From positions 238,762,001 through 238,826,000 of the forward strand of contig OZ024741.1 in NCBI GenBank assembly GCA_964016885.1: a stretch of DNA of 64,000 nucleotides, read 5' to 3'. The DNA is from Eledone cirrhosa (taxonomy: Eukaryota). Positions within the stretch are counted from its first letter, which is position 1. Every line of letters begins with the position of its first letter. The notes beneath the pieces are model-generated. The model ran no database searches and was not told the origin of the DNA. It saw nothing but the letters and a program-made list of their open reading frames with translations. The position numbers and the translations under genes are program-made. Of the stretch, positions 1-13,164 are shown in pieces.

Positions 1-2385
1 GGTCGACGCTGAGCGCTGCGAAAGGCCGATTACTTCAGCCGAAATTCAGGACGCCCTTGTCGGCTGCATGAGGCGCAAGTCACCCGGCTTGGATGGCCTG
101 CCCTACGAGCTTTACGTAAATATGCCAGACTTGTTCTCCGAACTCCTCGAAGCACTCTACTGTAACTGGCAGCAGAATGGGAGTATTCCCAGTTCTGTGA
201 GCAGGGGAGTGGTGACGCTGATAAGGAAAGACGAGAACAAGAGGGATACATTAGACAACTTCAGGCCCATAACTCTGCTCAACACAGAGATTAAGATTTT
301 GGCCAAGGTGTTAGCAAAGAGATTGGCGCTTGTCGTCGAGGATTTGGTTGGGGAGGCGCAAACTTGCGCAATCCCAGCCAGGTCCATACACGACAATCTC
401 CACCTCATGCGATACATCATAGAGAGGGTAGGGTGTAAACCTGGCTTCGGTGGGGCACTGATCAATTTAGATCAATCGAAAGCATTCGATACCATCGGTA
501 TCTGGAGTTTGTCCTCAAAGCAGCTGGCTTCGGCCCTGTCTTTAGAAGCTGGATCGTTGCAATGCACAGCGGCACACGCTCGGTGGTCAAGGTTAATGGC
601 CACCTCTCGGAACCATTTCGGCTCTCCCGATCGGTCCGTCAAGGGTGCCCTCTCTCTTCCCTTCTGTAAGTATTGACTCTCGAGCCTTTACTGCGGAAGC
701 TGGAGCTGTTGCAGGGCATCCCGCTCGAACCGGGACGTGGAAAGGCGGTGTCGGCTTATGCGGACGACATCACCGTGATGGTGTCGAACACCTCAGAAAT
801 CGAGGTGGTCGGCACCTTATTGAAGGAATATGAAAGGTTGACAGGAGCCAAACTTAACCCGGAAAAGTCGGTGGGCTTGCAGCTCGGAACCTGGAGAGGC
901 AAGCCCATGCCGTCCAACAGCGTCGTGGGGCGCTGGACGGACGGACCAGTAAAGTTGCCCGGGGTTTGGTTCGGACCAGACCTCCAGGTGGAAAAGAATT
1001 GGGACGAGGTAACGAGCAGAGTAGCCAGTCTCACCCAAAAATGGGCTGGGAGGAAGCTATCACTGAAAGGTCGCGCGGAGGTGGCGAATGCGTACATCGC
1101 GTCCGTCATCTATTACCGCCTAACCGTCGTGCCTTGCCCCCGTCCGCGCCTCGTCAAGTTGGAACGGCTCCTCTTCAAATTCTTGTGGAGGGGACAAGTT
1201 CCGTTGGTGAGGCGGTCCATCTGCTGCCAGCACCCTCTACGCGGAGGGCTGGGCGTGCCGTGGCTAATGATGCGCAGACATGCGTTGAGGCTGCGACATC
1301 TCCAGATATTCTGCCTCAATGGTGAACAGGTGTGGTCGCCGTTTATCAGACGGGCCTTTCCGCAGCTCATTTCTTTGACTGAGCTGCAGTCCTGGATCAA
1401 GAAGAGACCGAGACTGGGTGACTGGCACCTGGAATGTTGCCAGGCACTCACTGCCCTCTACCAAGCGGGCAATGCGATCAGTGGAACTTCCACTCTCGAG
1501 TTCTATAGAGGATTAGTGGTGGGCAAGTGCGATGACGCACTCGGAGAAGCTTTGGGCCTCGACGAAGTCGAACTGACCAGTCTGTACCGGAGGACTTTTG
1601 AGCCGGGGACGATGGACAATTTCCAGAAATCCCTCGCTTGGCAGTGCTACCGGGGGGCACTGCCGGTTCGGGATAAACTCTACAGGCACGGAAGTGCTGT
1701 CAGACGGACCTGCCCAAGATGCGCACAGAACGACGAAACCGTTCTGCACGCACTTGTCCAATGTCCGTGCATTACTGACTTGTGGAGTTATGTCGAACAG
1801 CTACTGTCGCGTGTGGAACGAATCCAGTTATCGGCCGAGTCCATAGTGAAGATCGAGCCACCACCTTCCTTAGGTCAGGAAGAGCAGGACATTTTCCTCT
1901 GTCTGGTGGCAGTTGCGAAAGAGATTATATGGTGGACCAGGTTGAAAGGACTAAAGACAGACACTTTTCTCTTCGGCCAATCCCTCATCAGCTTCTTCAA
2001 GTTTCACCTGGAAAGGAGGGTGAGGGTGGAGAGAGAAGTGCTGCCCCCCCCCCCCCCAGTACATTTGCTAAAAGGTGGGTGAATGTGGCGAGAATGGCTC
2101 GTGTGAATGGGCCTACTCTGACCATGCGCCTATAGGCTGGCTAACTTGAGGAGAGGGGTGCTCTCCTGGGTGCCCTAGAAGCGCAGGGTGGTTCAGGATT
2201 GGTGGGGTACCCGAATCACCCCAGGGTCGTCCACCCCCTATCGGGGAATTTATTTTGTTATATTTTGCATAGTTTATTTTATATTTTATATTTTCATTGT
2301 TAAATTAGTCTTGCCATTGTGCACTTTTACTCGACCTTTGTATTGTCCCCTACATGTCGGCCCTTGTGGCTAATAAATGAAATCG
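1..2385 (+). mobile_element. Tx1/L1-clade non-LTR retrotransposon, ORF2 RT plus C-terminal CCHC region and 3' UTR; frameshifted, cut by the window edge
   Basis: ORFs 68-676 and 673-2082 carry KSPGLDG, FRPITLLN, LDQSKAFD, AYADD and CPRC..ETVLHAL..C. Frameshifts near 490 and in the poly-C at about 2045. AATAAA at about 2372. Confidence 0.92.
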
Positions 2386-2422
2386 TTATTATTATTATTA
2401 TTGGTATTATTATTGTTGTTAT

Positions 2423-3829
2423 TCCTCAGTCATTGATGTTGGTTAACTGGAAAGTCCGTTGGAATGAATATCAAGCCACTACCTGCAGCCTCAGATATTC
2501 AGGACGTATCGGAGGGTTCTTGCTGTTCCAAGCAAGCATGCCTTTTGAAGCGTTCCAAAAAGCGTGAAGGGGCCGATTTTCTTTAACCATCCCTGGAAAC
2601 TTTTGGAGATAGTCCCCAGTGCGCCTATGACAATCGGGATCACTTTGACTTCATGGCAGTTCCAAATCCTTTTCACCTCCCACTTTAGGTCCTGGTATCG
2701 GTTAATTTTCTCCCTCTCCTTCTCTTGCACTCTCGTGTCGAACGGGCAGGCCACATCCACAATCAGACACGATCTTTTTTCTTTGTCCACAACCACCAGG
2801 TCAGGTCTATTGTGTTCCAGTTTTTTGTCTGTCTGTATCCTAAAATCCCACAGCACCTTCACCTGATTGTTCTCCATCACCGCCTCCGGCCTATGCTCAT
2901 ACCATTTCTCAGAATGTGGTAAATTGTTTACTTTGCACAGGTGCCAGTGGATCACCCTGCCCATCACATCGTGTCTCCAGCCCTTATAGTGGGTCTGGGC
3001 TAGGTGTTTACACTCGGACACAATGTGAGCCACAGTCTCCTCTCTCTCTCCACAGATCCTGCACAGTGGGCTAGCCTCCTCCTTGTAAATATGGTGCTTC
3101 AACCACTTCGTTTTGAGGGCCTGCTCCTGCGCAGCCATTATCATTCCTTCTGTAGCCTTTTTGAGGTCTCCTCTTCTCAACCAGTTCCATGTCTGTGGAT
3201 CTCTAAATTCAGTTTTCTCAAAGAAGGTACTATGAAGGGATTTTCCCTTAAGGCTGCTCTTCCTCCTTGATGTTATTTCCTCCTTGGACATCCCCTGGCC
3301 TACTGTCCCCTCCTTCAGTACAGTTTTGAGCATTGGCTCCTTACTATAGGTCACGTATTTGTATAGGTTGTTTTTCTCCATCTGAACACAGTCCTCTATG
3401 CTGATAAGACCTCTTCCACCCTCAGATCTCCTCAGGTAGAGTCTATCGACATCACTCCTCTTGTGGAACATGTTGTAGATAGTCAATAGCTTCCTAGTCT
3501 TCCTATCCATTTCTTTTTGTTCAGCAACATTCCATCTCAGAATTCCCGCACTGTACCTAATTATAGACACAGCTCGGGAATTTACTGCGCTTATGGCATT
3601 TCTGCTGTTCAGATGTGACTTCAATACGCTCCTTACTCTCCGAATGTATTCAGTTCTTAACAATTCCTTCATTTTTTTGTTCTTTATGCCATCAGCCTCC
3701 AGAACGCCCAAATACTTGTATCCTTCCTCAGAGTCAATTTCCCTTTATCATCTCACCTGTTGGTATCTGGATCCCGTTACTTCTGCTCAACCTACCCCTC
3801 TTCATCACAATGACTCCACATTTACCAAT
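2423..3829 (-). mobile_element. R4/Dong-type non-LTR retrotransposon, 5'-truncated (RT C-terminus, CCHC, restriction-like endonuclease)
   Basis: ORF 2491-3711 has RLYLRRSEGGRGL, CRICGEREETVAHIVSEC, RHD, RPDLVVVD..VDVACP and EKINRY. The 3' end runs into (TAA)n. Confidence 0.9.
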
Positions 3830-4075
3830 AATTGGTATTATTATTATTATTATTATTGTTATTAATGTATGTGTGTATATGTGTGAGTGTATGTGTATGT
3901 ATGTGTGTATGTATATATGTATGTATGTATATATATATATATATATATATTTCTTTTTTTCTTTTCTTTTTTTTCTTTTTTATTTATTTATTTATTATTA
4001 TTATTATTATTATTTTTTTTTTTTATTTATTTTTTTTTTATTTTTTTTTTTTTTATTATTATTTTTTTTTTCTTC
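3830..4075. repeat. Compound low-complexity tract: (TTA)n, (TG/TA)n, poly-T
   Basis: Direct reading. Confidence 0.9.
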
Positions 4076-4845
4076 TCGTGCAATGGCCATACTCGATAAC
4101 GAGGGGGCAGCCATCATATATATATGCGCGGGGACATAGAAATAGTCGGGCTGCACACTCGATCGTGTGGTTAAACCACTGGGAGTAAAGGACCCCTAGC
4201 CTTTGTCAGGGCATTCTTCTAGGAGAAAGCAACTCAGGAAACTGGGATGACTCCGATATAAAACCTGTGGCTCAGTAGTTACTGATGATCTTGATCTTTT
4301 CTTCTTTTCGGGTTATAGCTACTGTCGCTCAGAGAGTGGGATTGGCTCAGTGCACAGTCTTTCCTCACTTTAAAAAATATCTTCATGCACAGACATTGCA
4401 CGATAGAATTAATTAATAATTATTAATAATGGTATATCGTGCAATGGCCATACTCGATAACGAGGGGGCAGCCATCATATATATATGCGCGGGGACATAG
4501 AAATAGTCGGGCTGCACACTCGATCGTGTGGTTAAACCACTGGGAGTAAAGGACCCCTAGCCTTTGTCAGGGCATTCTTCTAGGAGAAAGCAACTCAGGA
4601 AACTGGGATGACTCCGATATAAAACCTGTGGCTCAGTAGTTACTGATGATCTTGATCTTTTCTTCTTTTCGGGTTATAGCTACTGTCGCTCAGAGAGTGG
4701 GATTGGCTCAGTGCACAGTCTTTCCTCACTTTAAAAAATATCTTCATGCACAGACATTGCACGATAGAATTAATTAATAATTATTAATAATGGTATATCG
4801 TGCAATGGCCATACTCGATAACGAGGGGGCAGCCATCATATATAT
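4076..4845. repeat. Tandem direct repeat, 361-bp unit, about 2.1 copies
   Basis: cgtgcaatggccatactcg starts at 4077, 4438 and 4799; the units look identical. Confidence 0.93.
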
Positions 4846-5441
4846 ATATATATCTGTGATCTATATACACTGGTCATAGACACACACATATATATATACA
4901 CAACAGCACCACCAGCTCTCTCTCTTCCATTCTTCTTCTCTGACTCCTCTCCCTCTCTCTATGTCTCTCTTTCAATCTACTCTCTCACAACCACTATTTC
5001 TTTCTCTCTATCCTTCTCTCTCTCTCTGTTTATAAAGGTACCCAGAAAACCCCATATCTCGGGAACCCGTGCTTCGATTTACGTGAAACTTGTTTTATTC
5101 CATTTGTATTCCCATTTCAGGGGCAACTTCCTTTGAAAGTATTTTCCCATTATGCGTCCTTTTAGCTGTATTACATTACAGACAACTAAGCAAGCAATCA
5201 CCGTCTTTTAGTAATATATAGATATACATGTGTGTGTGTATATACTCGTTTAACTGGTTTCAGTCATTAGAATGGGGAAATACTAGGTTATATTGTTCAT
5301 ATCAAACCCAGTACAATTTTTTTCAAGTTTGGTACATATTTTATCAACCACTTTTTTGTTAAACTGCTAAGTTACAGGATATAAATACTGACATATACAC
5401 ACACATACATACATGCATGCATACCTACCTATAGATAGATA

Positions 5442-8400
5442 ACTTTCTTTTTATTTGCCACCAGGGCATCAAAGATAAAATATAACAAAAATAAATTTAA
5501 TAACAAAATCCTCAATAGGGAGGAGGCGCCTTGGGGGGTCGCACACACCCCCGAAAAAAGTGTGCAACCCTTCTCCTCAGGAGCACAGAGAGGGGGTGCT
5601 CCCTTGATCTTTCATCTTCCTCACCTATAGTCTGATGTAGAGTGAAGGCCCATTCACACGGGCCATTCTCGCCACTTTCACCCATCTTTCATAAAAACGG
5701 CTGGGGTGCAGCACCTCTCTCTCCATCCTGATCCTTCTTCCGAAATGATATCGGAAGAAACGGACCAGTTGTTGGCCAGAGAGAAAGGTGTCTGACCTCA
5801 GCCCTTTCAGACGCGTCCACCATACAACCTCTTTTGCCATGGCTATTACGCACAGAAACACCGCCTCTCCTTCGTTTTTGAAGAGGGGAGGCGGCTTGAT
5901 TGTTACAATAGACTCGGTGGTCAACTGGATCGGTCCCACCCTTGACAGCAGTTGTTCAACATAGCCCCACAGATCGGCAATGCCCGAGCAGTGTACCAAT
6001 GCATGTGCAACGGTTTCCTCGTTGCACACGCATCTGGGACAGATCTTTTTCGAGGGGTCCCTACCCGGGCGCTCGTGTCTGTAGAGCCTTTCTCGAACGG
6101 GCAGAGCCCCTCGGTAGCACTGCCAGGCCAGGGACCTCTGGAAGTTATCCATGGGTCCCGGGCTGAATGCCCTACCGAACAGGTTGGCCAGTTCGTCTTC
6201 CTCCATACCTAGGGCTTCTCTGAGGGCGTCGTCGCACTTGCTAACCACCAGCCCTCTATAGAATGACGAGGTGGATTCTCCACTGACAGCCGGGTCCGCC
6301 TGCCAGAGAGCCGTGAGCGCCTGGGTACACTCGGTGTGCCAGGCGCCCAGTTTCCTTGGTCTTTGCTTGACCCAGGATTGCAGATCGGTGAGCGAGACGA
6401 GTCTGGGAAAGGCTCACCTCACAAACGGGGCCCACACCGGTTGACCGGTGAGGATTACCTGGAGGTGCCGTAGCCTTAATGCGTGTTTACGTATCATCAG
6501 CCACGACATCCTCAGCCCTCATTTCGAAGGGTGTTGACAGCAGATGGATCTCCTCACCATAGGAGCCCGCTTCTTCCAAAGGAATTGGAAGAGTGCGCGC
6601 TCCATTTTGGCGAGCGTTTCCCTTGGGCAAGGCACGACGGTCATGCGGTAGTAGATGACGGACGCTATATAAGTGTTCGCCACCTCCGCCCGACCTTTCA
6701 GGGACAGTTTACACTCGGCCCACTTCTGGGTCAGTGCAAACACCCTGTTCATTACCTCACCCCAGTTCTTCTCCACCTGGAGGTCTGGTCCGAACCAGAC
6801 CCCAAGCAACTTCACCGGGCCCTCCGTCCAGAGCCTGACGACGCCTTCGGAGAGCATCGATCTGCCCCTCCACGTGCCGAGTTGCAGACCGATCGACTTG
6901 TCCCGGTTCAGCTTAGCCCCTGTAAACCTTTCGTACTCCTCCAGTAAGGTGCCGATCGCCCCATTACTGTTACGTCATCGGCACCGTTACTGTTACGTCA
7001 TAGGCGTAGGCCAACACCGCTTTCCGCAATCCCGGTTCCAATGGGATGCCGTGCAACAACTCCAACTTCCGCAGCAGTGGCTCTAGAGTCATTACATACA
7101 GAAGGGAGGAGAGAGGGCACCCTTGTCGGATGGACCGCGCGATTTCGAACGGCTCCGAGAGGTAGCCGTTCACCTTGACCCTAGAGCAGATGCAGCTGCT
7201 GTGCATGGCAGTGATCTAGCCCCTGAAAACGGGTCCGAAGCCTGCCACCGCTAGAATCGCATCCAGGTAACCATGGTCGACCCTATCGAACGCCTTAGAT
7301 TGTTCCAAGTTAATCAGGGCCCCACCAAAGCCGGGTTCGTCCCAACCCTCTCTATGATGTATCGCATGAGGTGGAGGTTGTCGTGGATGGACCTGGACGG
7401 GATAGCACATGTCTGCGCATCTCCTATCAGGTTGCCCACGACAAGCGCCAACCTCTTTGCTAGCATCTTGCCCAAAATTTGTATTTAGCAGAGTTATGGG
7501 CCTGAAATTATTTATATCGTCCCCCTTGTTCTCGTCCTTCCTCACTAACGTGACTACTCCCTTGGTCACAGCACAGGGAATTCTCCCGTTCTGTTGCCAG
7601 TTGCAGTAGACCGCCTCGAGGAGATCGGGGAACAAGTCCGGCATAGCTAGATATAGTTCGTATGGAAGACCATTGAAACCCGGGGATTTGCGTTTGCCGC
7701 ATTGGCTCAGCACGTCCTCTATCTCAGCGGCTGAAATCGGCTCCTCGCAGGACTTCGCCTCCCTGTCCAAGAGACGCGGCAGGCCGTTGAGGTATGGACC
7801 AAAGTCCACTTCTCCAACCGGTTCCCCGCCCCTTCCGAACAATCTGGCAAAGTGCTTTTGAAAAGCCTCGCACATCTGCTTAGGTTCAAGGATCACCCGC
7901 CCATCCTGGTCTCGCAAAGACCGGATAGTGGATCTACTCCCTCTTTTGGCTTCTGTCACGCGGGCCCAGCTAACAGCTTTGGTCCCCTCGTTTCCCAGAG
8001 CACGTATTTTGCTTCGGACGATGCAGCCTTTGTGTTTCGCGTCGAAGAACTGGCCCAGGGCCGTTCTCGACGCTAGCACTCTGGCCACGTCACTGCTTCT
8101 AATTGCCTCTTCTTCACTATCTACCAACTCCCTTTCCTTCCTATTTCTATTTAAGGCTAACTCCTTACTAAATTCTATTGAGACTACTCTAATCTCTCTT
8201 TTGAGAGATTCCCACCACCTGCTGTTGACGATGGCGCCCGTCAACCGCTCTTTAACTAAAGTGCTAATCCGGTCCCTGTAAGCCTTACTTGCCGGTAAGG
8301 ACAAGTTGAGCTTCCAGTAACCGGGTCCCTGTCTATGCGTTCTGTCAAGGTTGACCATGTAGGTCACTAACTTGTGGTCTGAATAGCCAGCCATGAGTAT

Positions 8401-9418
8401 TTTTGGACAACTTAAAAAGTCCTTATCCTTATTTCTAACTAAGAACCTATCTAGGTACGACCTAGATGATCCGCTACGGTTTGCCCAAGTCCAGGTTGGC
8501 ACAGTCGGAAAATCTAGTCGATATCTATCGGCCAGGTCAAATCGACAGATTAACCCTTTGAGGCTGTTACACCCCTCTCTATCGGGACAGGCCCCTACGT
8601 AGTCCCAACATGCATCTAGGATACCATTCCAGTCTCCAGACGATGGAAGAAGTCCGGCCGCGTTGACCCGAAAGGGTCGTAGACGGCTACCAGCCTAAAC
8701 GCCCCGCCTTCAACACTGCCAAGGTCCAGAACCACTAGTCGACCCTCCGGGTCCAAATGTACCGTCTGTGTTGCGAGACCCAGATGTTTTTGCAGCAGAA
8801 CGACAAACCCACCTCCACCTCTGGGCTGACAGAGAGATGCGTGCATTTCAAAGTCATCAAAGGTGGGGGCCAGCTGTCGCACGTTGCTGATCCGGGCCTC
8901 GCAAATAACCATCACATCTATACGTTGTGACCTGAGGTCATTTAGAAGCATTGCTTGCTTCCAAGTTGAGCCCAGGCCACGCGCATTTAGACAGCCTACT
9001 CTTAGCATAGCCATGTTGGTGGTGAAGAGAAAAGGCACTTACCTCTCTGCGTCCCGGGTATCGGGCTGCACAATTTCCATGAGGGTGGGGGATGGGTTGT
9101 TGGGTGGGGTGGTGGTTTGTGGAAGTGTAGGGACATCAGTGTGTTGTGTGGTTGGGGTGTTTGGAGTTGTGTGGGTGTTTGGGGAGGGGTGGTGAATTTT
9201 TTTAGGAGGACGCGGTTAATGGGCCCGACGTAGGGGGGGGGGGGGGGGGGCACGTCGTCTTTAAAGTTGTTTTTTAGTGTTTTATATGCGTCCTCTGGGG
9301 CCTTAATCATTTTGAGGTGGGGGAAATCCCCTGCCTGGGTGAAATTAGGCCCTGGGGATTTTACTAAATTGTTGTTGTATACAATGTTTAGCAGTTTTTT
9401 ATTTCTTGTGTCCATCCC
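5442..9418 (-). mobile_element. Tx1/L1-clade non-LTR retrotransposon with near full-length, disrupted ORF2 (APE endonuclease, RT, CCHC)
   Basis: ORFs 8616-9038 (CLNARGL, ICEAR), 7216-8502 (TW..SRSYLDRF, SDH, YWKLN, KSPG, FRPITLLN, KAFDRVDH), 6970-7206 (RQGCPLS), 6519-6857 and 5625-6248. Homologous to the element at 1-2385. Confidence 0.92.
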
Positions 9419-9447
9419 AGATAGATATAGATAGATAGATATACAAC

Positions 9448-9935
9448 AGGCTTCTGCAATTTCCATCCATCAAATTCCATTCACAAGACACATGGCTTAG
9501 TGGTTAGAGCATTGGTCTTGCAATCGAAAGGTTGTGAGTTTAATTCTCAGACCGGGTGATGTGTTGTTTCCTTGAGCAAGACACTTTATTTCACATTGCT
9601 ACAGTTTACTAAGCTGTGGAAATGAGATGATAGGGAATGGGGTCCCTATCATTCCACTGCAAAGTGGTCGGGGAGATGCCACAGCAAAAAAGCACCCAGC
9701 ACTCACTGTAAATGAGGTTGGTGTTAGGAAGGGCATCCAGCTGTAGAAATGAAGCCAGAATCAGTTCCCGCCCCACCCTTGCAAGCAGGGAAAAGTGGAC
9801 GTAAAATGAAATGAAGGCATTGGACAAACCAAGGCTATAGTAAAAGACACTTGTTGAAGGTGCAATATGGTGTGACTGAACCCTGATCCACATGATTGCA
9901 AAGCAAACTCCTTAAGCACATGGCTATTCCTGCAT
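9448..9935. mobile_element. Nested tRNA-derived SINEs: a + strand copy at about 9487-9815 inside a - strand copy at about 9448-9935
   Basis: A-box-like TGGCTTAGTGG and B-box-like GAGTTTAATTC at 9492-9547. The 3' part (ggtgttaggaagggcatccagctgtagaaa) is shared with RTE 3' ends elsewhere in the window. The minus-strand tRNA-like head lies at about 9870-9935. Confidence 0.65.
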
Positions 9936-10019
9936 CATATGTGTGTGTGTATGTATATATAGACAGAAATTTGGACAACCTATGCCCTTCTTTCTTCATA
10001 TCACCAACATTGTAAAATA

Positions 10020-10096
10020 CCGTCTAATGAGGATATGCTTGACTTACGATATTTTTACGTAACAATCATGTGACACTTCTGAAATGTACATAACTG
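10020..10096 (+). ncRNA. Degenerate hammerhead ribozyme motif
   Basis: CTAATGA, long stem II, GAA-ATGTACAT-A with palindromic stem III. G5 is mutated. Confidence 0.4.
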
Positions 10097-10642
10097 ATGT
10101 ATGAAAAAAATAGAGCTGTGTCTTCATATATTAATATAACAACACTTCATTGGGTATTAGTCTATATGATCCCAGATTTTACTTAGATAAGTAAAACAGA
10201 CATGATTACACCATAGTTCAATGGCTGCAGTGATAAATTCAGTACTGACAGTGAACATTGCAATTCAGACAAATATATATATATATACAGGTTATCATCA
10301 TTTAATATATGTTTTCCTCGCCAGCAAAGGTTGGTTTGTTCATCATAGACTGTGTCAGCAGTCAGGCAGAGTGACTGACTTCTCACAAGGGTTGAGTAAC
10401 TGCATCTCAATTATATAAGTTCCTGCAATCAGCTGAGTGCTCAGATTGGCAGGGGGTAATGCATCTCAGTTATATACATTCTTGTGTATTTTATCATGGC
10501 AGGTTGTCTATGGCTTGATGCCCTTCCTATCACAGCCACTTTACAAATTGAGTGCATATATTGCATAGGTTACACACACACATATATGTATATGTACATA
10601 TATATCTATATATACATATATAAGTGTATATATATATATATA

Positions 10643-11023
10643 TCTACTACATAAATGGCAATATCTGTCTGTGTATCTGTGTATAACCAGTTCGCGCCTA
10701 CGCCAGTGATCCGATCCTGATGAAACTTTACACACATGTTAAGCTAATATTCAGAAACAGGACTAATTGGATTTCAATAAAAATCAATAATGGAAGCCCC
10801 GGGGACATCTTTACAATGGAGGAGGAAAGAGAAGATGTTTCAGTGAGAGAGGGGGAAGAGGAGATACTACTACTGTATGTTAAACCCTCCCTCCCACTAT
10901 TCCCTTCTTCCTCCCACAACTCAGTCCTCCAAAACGAGGCAACAACTTATTGGAAATATACATAAAGAAATTTCAAACAAAGCAGACGACAATCTAATTT
11001 TGGTTGACGACTGAACAGATGTC

Positions 11024-11103
<80 letters not shown>

Positions 11104-11948
11104 ATCCACTGATATGGATTCTGAACACATGCACATGCTTAGGTCACATTAAAGTCAACTGCAGGAATTGGTGATAAGTTACAAAAAAGTGTGATGATCA
11201 ATGACCTGGAAGTTGGCTTACCATGAGATTAGTCCGAAGAATAAAACCCAAATCGCATGTTGAAGAATATTCGTACACCCGGCATGTTAATTGTAACATG
11301 TCATCTTTGAGAGTAGAGTTTATTTTGTCGATTTTTCATGGTGTCAGATAATGGGAAGATTAACACGAATTAAGAAGATGTAACTTCTCCCCCATTATTG
11401 ACACTTTGCAACAATGAATGTTACAAGGCCAACACTTCTGATTGTTTATCCGACTTATTATGGTGTGTTTTCTTGGGTTAAGTCTACTATAGGGGGAAAA
11501 GGGATGGTTTTATTGAATTGCTTCAGTCATTTGAAGGGCTTTACAAACAGTGCTATACAGGGTGCTTCAACAGTACCTGAATATGTTCACTTGGTTATAA
11601 TTTCTTCAACAATTGCAATGACTTCCTCAATTGTTCTGTGTTTCTTCTTGAGTGCTAAGGCAGTAAGTTTGCTATTCTTATACATAAGTTTCTTGAATAC
11701 ATTCGATACTCTTCGAGCTCAAACTGGCTTATTCACTCTGAATGAAGAAAGCTGGATGGAAGAAGGACTTATGACTTAAACAGCTATTGATAGTTCCACA
11801 CAAAAAATTGATCTGCCATATACACACTTAGCAAAGGTTGCTATTGAAAATTCAATATGGGCACCCAGGGTCACTAGCATTTTCAGGCACACTCTGGGAA
11901 TTGTGAATAATCCCACCTTTTCTGGGTATTACCGGGTAATGCAGCTAG
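10643..11948 (+). mobile_element. Non-autonomous Helitron
   Basis: A|TCTACTACATAAAT at the 5' end with a ccgatcctgatgaaactttacac block similar to those at about 21392 and 50761. A 3' hairpin (ctgggtattaccggg) is followed by CTAG|T at 11945-11949. Confidence 0.6.
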
Positions 11949-11970
11949 TATATATATATATATATATATA

Positions 11971-12787
11971 TAACAAAGAAGTTGTGGTAAGGAACCAGAT
12001 GGACCATAACGCACCAGAGTACTCAATACTTAGGGTAGTAGAGTGGGTAGTAGGAGAAAGTATGACCCCGACGACAGAGCTCAAGCCGGTTCGACGGCTA
12101 TTTCTGGACTAAAGTAAGAGTTGTTTTAGTCTGGTAAATAAATACCCAAATTTTCAAGGGGTACTTCCTTATATGGGAAGATTGTAATTGTCAAGAGGAT
12201 TGGTCAAAATTTGTAGCAGACACAGAAAAGTCTATCATGGCAGTGGGTACGGGGTGGGGTGGCTGAACTTGCCTGTAGAACAATAGGGGAGTGGGTAGAG
12301 CCGGTCAAGCGTTGAAGGTGAAATCTACACAGCAAATTCTAAGGAATGTGTATGAAAGTAGGCCAGGGGAGGTAGGCGAAAAAGGTTTCTTTAGAAAATG
12401 GAGGAGGGACTTATAATAGAAAAGGTAAATCAAGTGAGAAATAGGGGACAAAGAAAAAATATAATAAAAAAGAAAATAATAAAAAATGAGAGACAGATAT
12501 ATCAGAATGTAAGATTGGAAAGTGAGAAGTGAAATAAAACAAAAACTAAGGAGTCTAACACAGCTGCTATATTTAGTTGGTGCTGCTTTTTCGGCCAATG
12601 CTATAGAATGGGTTGCTAGATGAGAATTATTGAAATTTAGAATTGGGTATTAAAAATTAATACCACATCTCTGGGGTCTAACACAGCTGCTATGAATAGT
12701 TAGTATAGCGTAATCGGCGAATGCTATCTGTAAGTTACTGGGGTGGGGGTACTGAGGCTAAAGAGTCCCGATGGGCTGCCTCGGGGT
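11971..12787 (-). mobile_element. PLE pseudo-LTR fragment, same family as 37609-39903
   Basis: 11971-12400 matches 37610-38030; (TA)n on both sides. Confidence 0.75.
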
Positions 12788-12834
12788 ACATATATATATA
12801 ATATACATGTTCTTACATATATATACATGTATAT

Positions 12835-13115
<281 letters not shown>

Positions 13116-13164
13116 TTTTTTAATTTAGAGATCAGTGTCTGCCAACAAAAAATTACCAAGCCAA

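Noticed and set aside
157-1761. Antisense and alternate-frame ORFs over the Tx1 element
   Set aside because: Shadow ORFs of GC-rich LINE coding sequence.
9492-9560. tRNA gene
   Set aside because: It has A/B boxes but a poor cloverleaf and continues into a repeat body, so it is a SINE head.
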